A stretch of DNA of 64,000 bases from Tubiluchus corallicola (lineage: Eukaryota; Animalia; Priapulida). Every line of letters starts with the position of its first letter. The stretch's first letter is position 1. This document shows positions 49,711 through 61,400 of this stretch, piece by piece. The notes beneath the pieces were generated by a model. That model was not told the DNA's origin, made no database searches, and worked only from the letters and a program-made list of their open reading frames with translations. The stretch is taken from assembly GCA_030141605.1 (NCBI GenBank), contig JAQGDQ010000022.1, forward strand, positions 992,001-1,056,000, given 5' to 3'. The position numbers were made by a program, and so were the translations under genes.

Positions 49711-50983
49711 TTAATAATAGCTGTAGATCCCTGAATGCAAATCTACACCAGTGTGACCATCTCCATATCCAGATGTATGTTCGTCATGTTTATGACCGTG
49801 ACCATAACCATGATGCTTAACATATGGACCGTAACCGTAGTGACCGTAATCGTAATTAGGATAGCCGCCATAGACATACCCATAACCGTCATGACCAACA
49901 TGATTTTTTAAACCAGTTTCATGGTGACCAACGCCCAGGCCACTGTAACCGCGATTGCCTTGCTGACCGTTATTGTTGCGCCCCGCCGCGTAACCATAGC
50001 CGTAGTCGTCCAGTCCATAAAGTGCGAATATATCTTGACCACTGAGACCATAAGCACCATTAAATGGTCCACCAGCTCCAAAGACGAGTCCACCAAAATG
50101 CCATCCCGGGGCGGCTCGGTATGCAAGGGACTGTGTTACCTGAAAAACATTAAAGGTATGTAAAAGACACCGAGTCAGGACCTGGTGGCTAATTTGTATA
50201 TGCAGACGATTTCAGTGCTTTTGCTTTTTTCGCAGGAATAGCAGTTTCTTTGATTAGACATTACAGCCTTTTGGCTTTTTTTGGTTTACTAATAATGTTA
50301 ATAGATGGCGACAAGTGTCCAAGCATCGCAGAATAAAGACACTCATAATCACGAAGAAAGACATTTATTCTGTGGCAACAGCATGTTGTACAAAGCTTTC
50401 AAGAAAAAGAGATGAATTTTAGAGTTAAATGTTCTCTAAATTGCTCCTTTAAATGAATCTTAGGATAAATTCTACAGTTTTTGTTTTTATAATATAGAAG
50501 CAATCAAGAAGAAGAAAACGATCTCCTTTTTATATTTTTAATGTAAGATCACAGATTTAAATTCCGTGCGCGCATGAAAACCTCTCTTGTCGAAAAAGAT
50601 CAACGCTTGATTTCTCCTGATTTTGTTTCTGTGCTTGCTTCTGTGGCACATTGGAAAAAACAGCACATTTTTCAGTTACGCTTAAATGCTGCAGATTGAT
50701 CCCTGAAGTAACAATTTTGCAAATGCTCTCTACCTCTACTTTCTGGTAGGAAGGTTAATTTTTTCACGAACGAAAATTTGGCGTGAATGTTAACAAAATT
50801 TTGGTCGCACACTACCTGCAACTAATGTTCAATCAACCCTCGTAACACTTAAGAACATTACGCCAGCAACGTAAGTTTTAATACTAATTTTTTAAATTTC
50901 GTATTCATCTTTATCTATTTTAATCCAAGTATACTCACGTGATAGCTCAGCAAGAACAAAAACGTTATGCTCCATCTTGCCAT
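49711..50983 (-). CDS. Secreted Gly/Tyr/His-rich protein (gene C), 157 aa; absent from ORF track
   Basis: Exons 50983-50939 (MARWSITFLFLLSYH) and 50139-49711 (VTQSLA|YRAAPGWHFGG...DDYGYGY...GHDGYGYVYGGYPNYDYGHYGYGPYVKHHGYGHGHKHDEH...GIYSYY*); 429-nt open exon; same intron phase and VTQSxAY start as gene A. Confidence 0.88.
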
Positions 50984-51378
50984 TTTGTCGTCTACCTTCA
51001 GCTTTTTGCTAAATTTCATTCAAACCTAAAGATTACGTTTTAATATTCTGAAATTTATTTTGCCCAAACAAAAAACAAACTAAAAGTTCTAATCAGGCAA
51101 CAAAACTCTATAAGTTCTAATCCGTGAGCAGGCAACAAAACTGTAATTGCAAGACAGCTCTAACTCAAAAATTGTGTATGTTGGGCAATTTCAGGTACTA
51201 GTAGCACTCAGAAAAGGGAAAAATTTTAATAAGATTAGCTGTGACATCAAATCTGTGGTTTAAAGCATAAGATCACTTACAAGTTAAAAACTGTAAAAAG
51301 CTAAAAAAAACTTTTTCAACTTTTATAAATAAGATTTTAAGTGAAAAAATGTGAAAATATGAAAACATCGGATAGTAC

Positions 51379-51415
51379 CTGAAACTGAACCGACAGTTAT
51401 ACTATTAAGGTTATA
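51379..51415 (-). promoter_or_regulatory. TATA + initiator + very short first exon, candidate promoter of gene C
   Basis: Minus strand TATAA about 30 nt upstream of TCAGTT (Inr), immediately followed by CAG|GTACTA splice donor. Confidence 0.5.
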
Positions 51416-54400
51416 AACACAATTTCTTATTCTATATTAATTAGTTAATTTCTAGCTATATCAATTAGAAAGTAAATCATATAATAATTTGACAAGAAGA
51501 TCAGTGAGGAAAAAGGCTTTGATAGGAAACCAACAGGTAATTGTTAATATGGCTAAATAAATAAAATGACTTAATGCTGGAGACTGCATCAAATGCTTAG
51601 AATGTAATGATTTTAATTTTTTAAACACAGCACAGCTGCAGTCAATTCTAGATAACATTGTTACGTGTTAATTTGCAAGAAATTGTACTGCTTATAGATT
51701 TTATCAGAAACACTACGCCCATTTATCGTTTTTACTATCGTTATGTTGTTCTAATACTAATCGTGTGTGGCAACACTTTTTTATAAATTACTTACGTAAA
51801 GTATAATCGAAATAAAATGATGTTAATGTTAATAATAATTTTGGCTTATTTAAGTTTATTATTTAGCAGTCAGTATAGTTACTATAACATGAATTAAGTG
51901 AGCTTTGAGGAAGGTCATGTAGTACGTTGACAAAATGTTAGAACAGAACTAGTCAACTAGAACCTGTTTTCAACACAACAGGCTATGCTGTCTAGTAGTC
52001 ATGGAATCATAATCCAGTGGTTTCCGATTTACATCCAGGACAAGCCGTGATGAATTTAAATTTGGTCACTGAAATGTAATAACTATGGATTTATTCGCCC
52101 AACAAAGGGAAACAACTCATTCACAAGTAAATATCCCATTCTGATTGCTGTTCTTGAGGGCATACAGTAAGAATAGCCTATATCCTGCTAGTATGGCTGG
52201 TGACTAGTGGATTAATGACCTTTTTTATACAATTGCAATACGATCACGTTCATTATTCATGAACACCTTACGAAAGTAGTCGAAGCGATATTCACAAGAA
52301 GCATGTAAAAAACACACGTTTTCAATAAATATTGGTGTAATCAGACAGAAACAATGTATATAGAGCTCTTACTTCTTGCTTCCTAAGCTATCCAAGGCTA
52401 AGGTGCCCGGAAAATGTAGTTAATAAGACAAATTTGCTGCAATTTAAGACTTTATACACAAAATTGTGGGCGATAGCTTGAACCATAAAAAATGAACAAT
52501 GCTTCAATCAACGTGTAAGGTCGATTAAATGTAAGCGGTCAACTTGTTTACGTAACTTGTTCTTGTGTTATTGCTGATGTTTAAAAGCGTATCGATTGCG
52601 AATTGTCAGTATCGAATCCAAAGGTTTGCGAATTGGAGCAACATAGAATCCATTCTATTTCATTCAAATAGTATGGAATTCAAGCACTGCCAATTAAACT
52701 GCAAGGTTGCAATCACTTTAAGATAAAAAAACGTTACATACAGACCCTTATGATGTATTCTCGTGCATATCTTAAAAATATGTATTACATTTTAAATGTA
52801 ATAGAAATATTATTTTGATAAGATTTTTTTCGATAATAGTAAGATAACAAATAGTAAATGCTGACAATAAAATGAATTTTGTTTACATACCTCGTATTGA
52901 TTTTTATATGCACACCAATGAATTCGTCATACGCGACAGTTAATAGATGTACAGCAACACTTTACCAAACTGTGCACAGTGTGACCCAGTTTCTCTTCTT
53001 GATAATTTCTTTTTATAGATAAATAAACAGTTTGAAATTCAGCTATGGCGTTTTAATTGTGTCACCGTCAACTATCATTTTGTGGGGCGCGTCCATTTAG
53101 CGGTGACAATTTTACCTTCGTTTGTCTTCTAGTGGGGCGTCTCTGAGCAGGAATGGCTTACATTCAAATGTGATGTTGTTAGACCGAGCTATGTTTGTGC
53201 AGCGCTGTAACCAACTAATCATACAGAAGAGACTGTTCCATTGTCACCTTCCGAGTTTCATGTGTGATCCTAAATTATGAACAAGAGCAATTTAAGATCT
53301 TGGAGTTGGTATGTCATGCGGCCACTGCCACCATTGCACTTTCTAAGAGATTGGGCATTTAAAAAGTAATTAAGATCCATATATATATAATTAAATACAT
53401 GTTACAGGCAAAATATGCAACTAGCATTCTATAGAGGAATATAGAGTGCCAAAACAAATAAGAGAAAATGTTTAAAATAATTTCTTCAACATTTTCGTTA
53501 GTGTATATTTAATGCATAAGTCAGTTTAGGCAAAGTGTATAATTAGATTTTGGATGTATTTTTCCTGGGCATTTTACACAACGTCGAATAAATTATAGTT
53601 AACATAAAAATAAAACATATGGTCAATTGTTTTGATGTAATATTCCTAAGCATTTTATATCACGCCAATTAAAATTTATGGAATGTCTGAAAAAGTCATG
53701 TTTCTGTGTGCTTGTTTCTTTGGCTCGTTGACCATTTCTCGTGTCCGAGTATTTAAGTTTCTCCCAATGTAGTTCCTCCTTAGTGTGTTGATAATAACAT
53801 TCAGCGACATGTATAACATTCAAGAATTCGTAAAGGGTACAGTTGAGCTTGTCGAATGTTGATATTAAACTGATGCTGTTTTCTCTTCTATCTTCTATTC
53901 GTCTTAGAAATGCTAGGTCTCATTGTCGATGGTCCGATGCCACCTGGAATGCTGCTGGGCCTGGTTTTCGAACGTTTTAACTTTGATTTCTGTTTGCTTT
54001 GCTTGTTTGAGCATGGATTTGTTTGGTGACGCACTAGTTCCATTTGATGTGCAGGATAGAGTGAAGCTTTTCCTGATGACAGATATTGCGTCTATCGCCA
54101 AAAAACAATTAACTCACTTGCTTACTTGAATGGATTGCTTGCCTAATTTAGTACATTGACTAGGTATTTTATAAAATGTCTAAACTTTATAGATTACCTC
54201 TAAAATATACATACTTTAGTGAGATCTAAGCACTGGTAGTAATGGATCCCGCCTTGCATATATAGAGCGCCAAACTTCATAAAGAACTTCATCTAAAGTA
54301 TTTCGCAACTTTGTTTCTGATACTGGTATTTGCCTATAGCTATTATCTTGGGGTTTGCCCCCGAATTCTCTTACACTTACAACTCCACAAACATCAAAGA

Positions 54401-55414
54401 TTTTAGTCAAGCAAATTGTTATTTAAAGGAAGGAACAAGTTACTCACTATGTTGGGTTTATTTTACTGTTATCACTTAAACTTAGAAAAATATAAAAAAG
54501 AAATTTGCAAAGAACTACCTATAAAGTATATATTTAAAATATACTACCTCTGAATAGAAATTTTCAGGCGTGGTGATTGCCGCCATTCACTTGAAAATCA
54601 TGACGTAACTGGGTAACTTCGCTACTTTTCGTAAGCGTGTCGTGGCTTTCCGTAATCGCGCGCTGCTTAGACTAATTCAAAGTTTACCAAATGTTCATGT
54701 AAAAAATTACAAATTTAGCTACCTAATTTTTTTGTGAAAACTTATACTTTTGATGAAAGTTGACAGTGCTCTACGTTTTCTTCCAGGCAAACGACGTGTC
54801 ATTTGAAGAAGAATGAGCATTAAAAAATGTGAGCGCCCAAGCATGAAGTGATCGCAACTTTAAAGTGATTTGACTAGTTATTCGAGGCGCTTATTGCAGT
54901 TTTATTACTAAATCCTTCCAACATTTTTTGCTTACACTGAAATAGGCCTAATCGCCTGGAAGGTTTGCCATTTCCTTTAAAAGTGAAGTTCTCGACTATC
55001 GACTACATTCAGAGGCTTACTGTAAGGCATTTAATTTTGAAGGTTATTATAATAAATCTTTTAATATTATTACCAGGGACCATATTTTAACATTATTGCC
55101 AGGGACCATTAGCAGTTTTCACTGGTCATACTCTTTCGTATAATAGGAAGTAAAAACAGAAATATTTTAAACAGAACCGCAAGAATAACATTATGACTGA
55201 GTGCGCAAGATCTTTCTCCGGTGGACTGGTTATCTTTGCATATAGTATTCCGTGCAAATATATAATGCAACTAAACTCCAAAGGTCATTCTGATGAGTTA
55301 ATAAGGTTATAATAAATCACTAATAAAAATATTGGATGTTCCAAAAAGATCAGTCATTAGTTATAGTTACGTATACACGAAGCGTGTGGCGTGCTGCCAG
55401 CAAACTAAGACAGT

Positions 55415-58400
55415 ATGGGACAAAAAGAAATCTTAAAACAGGTAAATTTTTTACATAATTTCAGGTAAATGCGCTATAACTGAAGATTTTTAACTGTTAC
55501 CTACACTTGATGGCACTGCTGTTACTATAGTAGGATTACATGTATACGGGGTGCGTAGTTTTTCCAATGCAAATATTAGGATACAATATTAATTATAAAT
55601 GGCGTTAAAACCAGTCTGCAAAAGAAAATTTTGCTTTTCCACTACACTATTAGCACAGCATTAATTATGACATAACAAAATTATCCTCAAAATTTGTTAT
55701 CAACTGTTTAGATAAAAGGAAAATCGTATAGAAATGGCTACTAACGCTTCAAAATTAAATGAAGTAGGCTTAAAGCATACGTTATATTTCCAATGTCCAT
55801 TAAAATAATTGCAAATATACATTTTAAGGAAGACAGGGTAATTTTTTATATCCTGCTCTGCTTTAAAGTATACATTTTAATGGCTATAATAACACCCAAG
55901 TGATCCGATAATTAAAAACTTATAATTAAAAATTTAAAAACTTAATTAGCGGCGAGTCCATCTTCTAAGTGCTTACAACGGATTGCTTGGTTTTGTTTTG
56001 TTTGTATACAGCCGCATATTTATTTATTATCATTTTATTATAGTTGCTGTTGTTGGTGTTAATGTTGTTATGTTTTTGTATGTTTGTTAACAAAGAATCA
56101 ACACGCGTTCTTATTTTGTATTTTCAATCAACTAGACCAAATTGATGTTTGCATATTTTTATGTAAATTCTGGTTACGCATTTTTAGGAAAGTGATGTGG
56201 AGGAAAGTGAAGGCGATAAGAGAGCCCAGTGGGGTAATCAGTTAGAGTTCTTCTTTACCTGTGTCGCCTATGCTGTTGGTCTTGGAAATGTCTGGCGGTT
56301 TCCATATTTGGCATACAAAAGCGGAGGGGGTAAGAATTATACAGAGCAGTACATGTGAAGCTCCTTATAGCGCGTTGCTTCTAGCTAAAGCAAACTAAAA
56401 AGCTGAACTGCAGTGAAATACAATCTGTTTTGCTCCTTTCAGTGTGACGTGGAACCTTTTGAGTTCAGAGTCATATGTCCTGCTAATAGTTATGAATATT
56501 ATTCATCGATTATGTATATTTATTCACATTTATGCATATTTCAAACTGTGCACGAGCTTTTGAAAATCTCTAGTTTAAATTTTTTCTCTAAACGGCTTTT
56601 TCGTAGTACTTTTTGCTTTATAGGCTTTGAACTATTATAGCTAAAAAAGCTTAGTCGGATCTTAATATTTTCAGTTTTTATAAGAACTACTCGATACATC
56701 CCAAATGAATTGCTGGTGAATAATTTTCTTAACTTGTATTTGGTTTTCTTTTTAGTATAGAGCAAAAGAAGTCTAAATGTTTGCCTGACTTCTTGGTGTG
56801 TTTGTAGAAATATTGCACATGAATAACATTTACATAAGGAATTAATAATATTTTTTAGTTAATAACTAGCATAGGTTCATGTTATACACAGTCAAAACAA
56901 TGGTTTCAAAAACGAATAGAGCAAATTTCAAATTAAAAAAGAACAAAAGCAAAGGAGAAACGAAACCAAAAAAGTACTCGTGAGAACAAGAACTCAAAAG
57001 TAGTCATTCTTGGAATTACTATAATCTTTGTGACGGCGTGGATATTATTTGGAAAATATCAGGATTAATCTTGATAAATCTCAGCAAAAGAAAAATAAAG
57101 CATAGTTCACACTTGTCGATTATCCGTTCAATAATTTTTGGCCTAAGCAAATGAGTTCAATACGTGATAACTTCTAAACGTTTAATGATTTCATAATGCT
57201 TCTAGTTCTAATTTTTTGTGAGTATTTTAAAGAACCGACAACCTAAAAAACAAAAGAAAAAGAAAAAAACGATATCTTACTTGCTAATAATAATAATAAG
57301 TGTGCAATAATAACTTGTACAAAACAAGCGACAACGTCTAATACTCAACTTGAATAAGCTCGGTGGGCGCCTCTGCCATGGACCATCATCACGTCCTAAT
57401 CCATCCATCAAACCGCCTGGCATCCGATGCGTCCTATGCCAAACAACGTGGGACTTTTTTCCGGTTCCCTACCACGACCAAACTAAATCAACCAACTCTC
57501 TGTAACGACCACCACGTCTCCTCAACCACTTGAATGACGAGAAATATTCACATTTTTTCAAACTTGTACATAATAATATTATGAATAACATTGTCGCTAC
57601 ACATATTTTTTGGAAAATAAAAGTGATGGTTGTAACGAATTTCATCTTCTTCTGCCTGATTACATATTTAAGGTAGCTTAACAGAAAATGGCTTCATTTA
57701 ATAGATAAGTTGGTCAAAAATAATGCTACTCTTGACTATAGGTGGCAGCACAAGATTGAAACATTGAATCAATACACCAATAGTATCAATCCTTACGTGA
57801 ACAATTCGTGATACTATTTAAGTTAACATACTTAAAATGAAAAATAGTTAGTAGCAGTAATCTACTACATGGGGGACCATCACAGTACACAACGCCAAAG
57901 ATTATTGCAGCTTTCCTATTAGTTCTCTTAATTTCAAGTCACTAATGCTCTACCTGGATTCTACTAATTGAATCGGGTAAAGTGTTTGTTATTGGCTTCT
58001 CACAACAAAAGTTCATTTCATCATAGACTAAGTAGTTAATATTTTTCTTTATATACAAACCGACTCCTCCTACATCTGTTGGCGAATTAACATTGAGAAA
58101 TTCATAGTTTGAAACAGTTAACAGGTGAAACTATTTAATCTCGTTTCAGAAGTAAATAAAATCAACTAAAAACTAGACATACCATTCACGTTAAACCATG
58201 TGCACCTGACTGCGTAATTACTGCTCTTTTGCACTGCACGTATATATAGGTTTCCAAGGAGATATATTTTTAAGTAGGACTTTAAGAATAATGATATGAA
58301 TTTTTAACAAATTTAAACATTAAACTGAACCTTACATTGGGGCATAATATTTTTAGATGATTTCGCATTTTTAGTGCTTATGTGCCCAAAGTTATATCAT

Positions 58401-61400
58401 GTACTTTTAGAAATCTGCATGTACCCATGTAAATGCACTTAAAATCAACTAAATGTATTTTCCAAATTAGCCGATAAACGTTAGAGTTAGCGATTATTTA
58501 GTCTCCTGACGCTAATAACAATAAGGTTTTTGTAAATGTGCTTCGTTTATATGCTCCAAGGTATTCACTTTTAGCTTTCTATAGTACTGAGCTTTCGTAC
58601 TTAAATACTCTAATAACTCTATTTTACAAGTCTGTTTCCGGTGAGTATAATATCGTCCACCATGGTGGAAAGAAATAATTAAATACCGGTGTGGCTCATA
58701 ATAATTTCAGATTAGCAAATCAGTTTAGTGTATCGTAAGTTTACTAACTAACGGAGTTTAATTACTTTTTTACTTTAAGGCGCGTTTCTTATTCCATATA
58801 CCATCATGCTGGCTTTCATTGGTATGCCTTTCTTCTTCATGGAGATCTCCATTGGTCAGTATGCCAGCCTCACACCGTTAAATATTTGGAAAGTCAGCCC
58901 ACTTTTCAGAGGTATGCTTCATCAACTATAAATCTTTTATTTAGGTTGTGGCAAAACTTTACTTTAGTTACCCGAATTTATTTCCTAAAGCCGTGACGAT
59001 AAACGTGTAGGACTTGTGTGAGTGGGTGTTCAATTCAGCACCTTATTCAACTGAAAATGAGTACATTTATGAATCATTCTGAGTAACGTAAATATGGTTT
59101 ATTTTGCAAGCTACCCATTTTAAGTATTTAAGGCCAAGTGAATAGACGGATGGTCATGGACCTTGCTTTGTGCCGAAGTTAAACAATGAAGAATCTTGCC
59201 AGTGAATGGCTCATCACTGCCTGGTTCAAAACTCATTCTGTGCATTTTCATTCATCACACATATTCTGCTTGTTTACCTGGTTGAATGAGGATGTATACC
59301 ATCCAAATGTAGCCATGACACCTCTGCGGTTCATCCTTGATAACGAACTAGATTCCGGTCTTGTCGCAAACATCAACATTGGATAGGATTTATCACTGAC
59401 TGCTGGATTCCGGCTTGCAATGTGCCTGAGTGTGTAAAAAAAATTCTGGCAACTTCTGGCAACTCGACTTGCTCACTATACTTTACTTAATGAACACATT
59501 CATTCTCAAACAACTTTAAGTTTTTTTAACTTATATTTACATGTGTGCAGGTCGTTGCAAATTCATCGTCGTTAACTTTGTTATGTAAAAAATGCCAAGA
59601 AAATAATAACAGAACATTAAGGAAAATCATTTTCTTCTTCTTTACTACATGTACTTTCTGAAATTGAAAATCTTATAATGATTATTTTAACGAAGTTCGT
59701 GGACGTACAGGACCTAATTTCTGGCACATTTATTAGGTTTGGGTGTTGCAGCCATGTTTGTGGAGTGGTCCATCGGTCTATACTACACCGTTGTCATCAG
59801 TTACTGTCTTTACTATCTGTTCGCTTCATTCACAACAGAACTGCCGTGGGAAACTTGCAATAACACTTGGAACACTCCTGACTGCATAGCTAACATTTCT
59901 GTACCACATGATGATCAGTCATTTACGCCATCCGAAGAATTTTTCTAGTAAGGAAAAGTTATTTGCGAATATTGATCCAACATCATCAATTTTGTAGATC
60001 CAAGATCAGTGTTTAGTAATTGTATTCATCAATTAAATTTCTACGAAAATGAATGAAAGCATTTTTATTGTAAAGAACTATTATTATTTTGTTATTGTCT
60101 TCGTCACCGCCATCGGCGTAGTTATCGTTGTCATTGTCGTTGTTCTTATCGTTATCCTCATCGTTATCCTATTGCTATTTCTATCGCTATCGCTACCGCT
60201 ATAGTTATCGTTGTCACTGTCATTATCATTGTATTGCAGCAACAAAGTATTGAATATATCAAGTGGTATCGACGAAGTAGGTGGATTTCAACTGGAGCTA
60301 GTTGGTACTCTTGCTTTGGCATGGATTTTGGTTTTTCTTGCCCTAATTAAAGGAGTTGGATCGTTGGGCAAGGTATGGGAACTATTTTTTCATCAATGGA
60401 TCATTATGTCTTGTGTGGATTGTCCGTTAAATTACTATCTGATGACTGGACTAACTGCCTCATTAACTGTTTAATTAAGCCACAGTTTTATTACCGGTAA
60501 AGAAATTAATGTTTAATGCAGCTTGGCGTACTACAAGGCCCAACGCGCAAGGGCAAAGTGTACTAATTTTTTCATTGTTGTGGCAGCCCGACATGTGGCA
60601 GGCTAAAATGACATACTGATTCGACAGAGGTGCTCTAGCCATTTACATGCATATATTTTCCTTTAAAAACAGACATCTAGCTGGAGCAATACACGACATG
60701 AAACCGGCCAAAATGGTAGTCACCCATGGTTTTCATAGTAGTCACCCATCCATTTTAGACCAGGGACATCGTTGCGGAATTGTAATCGCTAAGCACACAC
60801 CATGCTGCTATAAAATTAAATGGATAGACAGTCAGTTAAATGATTTCGTCATGAGCGTTTTCAATATTACACAACAAACCAGTCTTTGTTTTTAAAGTTT
60901 ATACTTTTTTACTTAACCACTTAACATACTCATAAGTAACATATGCTCTTACGTAACATATTTTTACTCACAATAATAATTAAATACTTGTCAATATCGT
61001 AATGATTTTAATTTTAATGATTATTATTGCATACTTAGTCATAGCTTGTCAGCCTCACAGAATACAAAGCTCGATGGAAATGCTTGTAAACTTAATATTT
61101 GCACACTTAGTGCCATCTATGTATAGGCATTTGAATGTACGCAAAGTTATTGAAATTTTGAAATCAAACTTGACCAGAAAAGACGGAAATATGAAAACGT
61201 TACGACCGAGCCTGGTCCAACACCATAACAATTGGATTCCACATGAATCATGACAGATCTCACTTTATTCTCGAGACACCTACCCCCTCTAGATTATGTA
61301 TTAGCTTATTAAATGAATTTTCTTGCGTATTAATCCAGTTTTTCCGGTCTTATTCATGATCTTTCCTTCTTTCGGCCAAGTTTAATTTTAAGCATTTCAG

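Noticed and set aside
49908-50163. ORF-track ORFs 49908-50126 (-) and 49921-50163 (+)
   Set aside because: Wrong frames overlapping the real gene C exon.
53600-54410. Cluster of short minus-strand ORFs, possibly a decayed transposase or pseudogene
   Set aside because: No recognisable motif, TIR or splice structure; needs a translated homology search.
55289-55320. CTGATGAG hammerhead-like core
   Set aside because: No stem II closure or GAAA partner.
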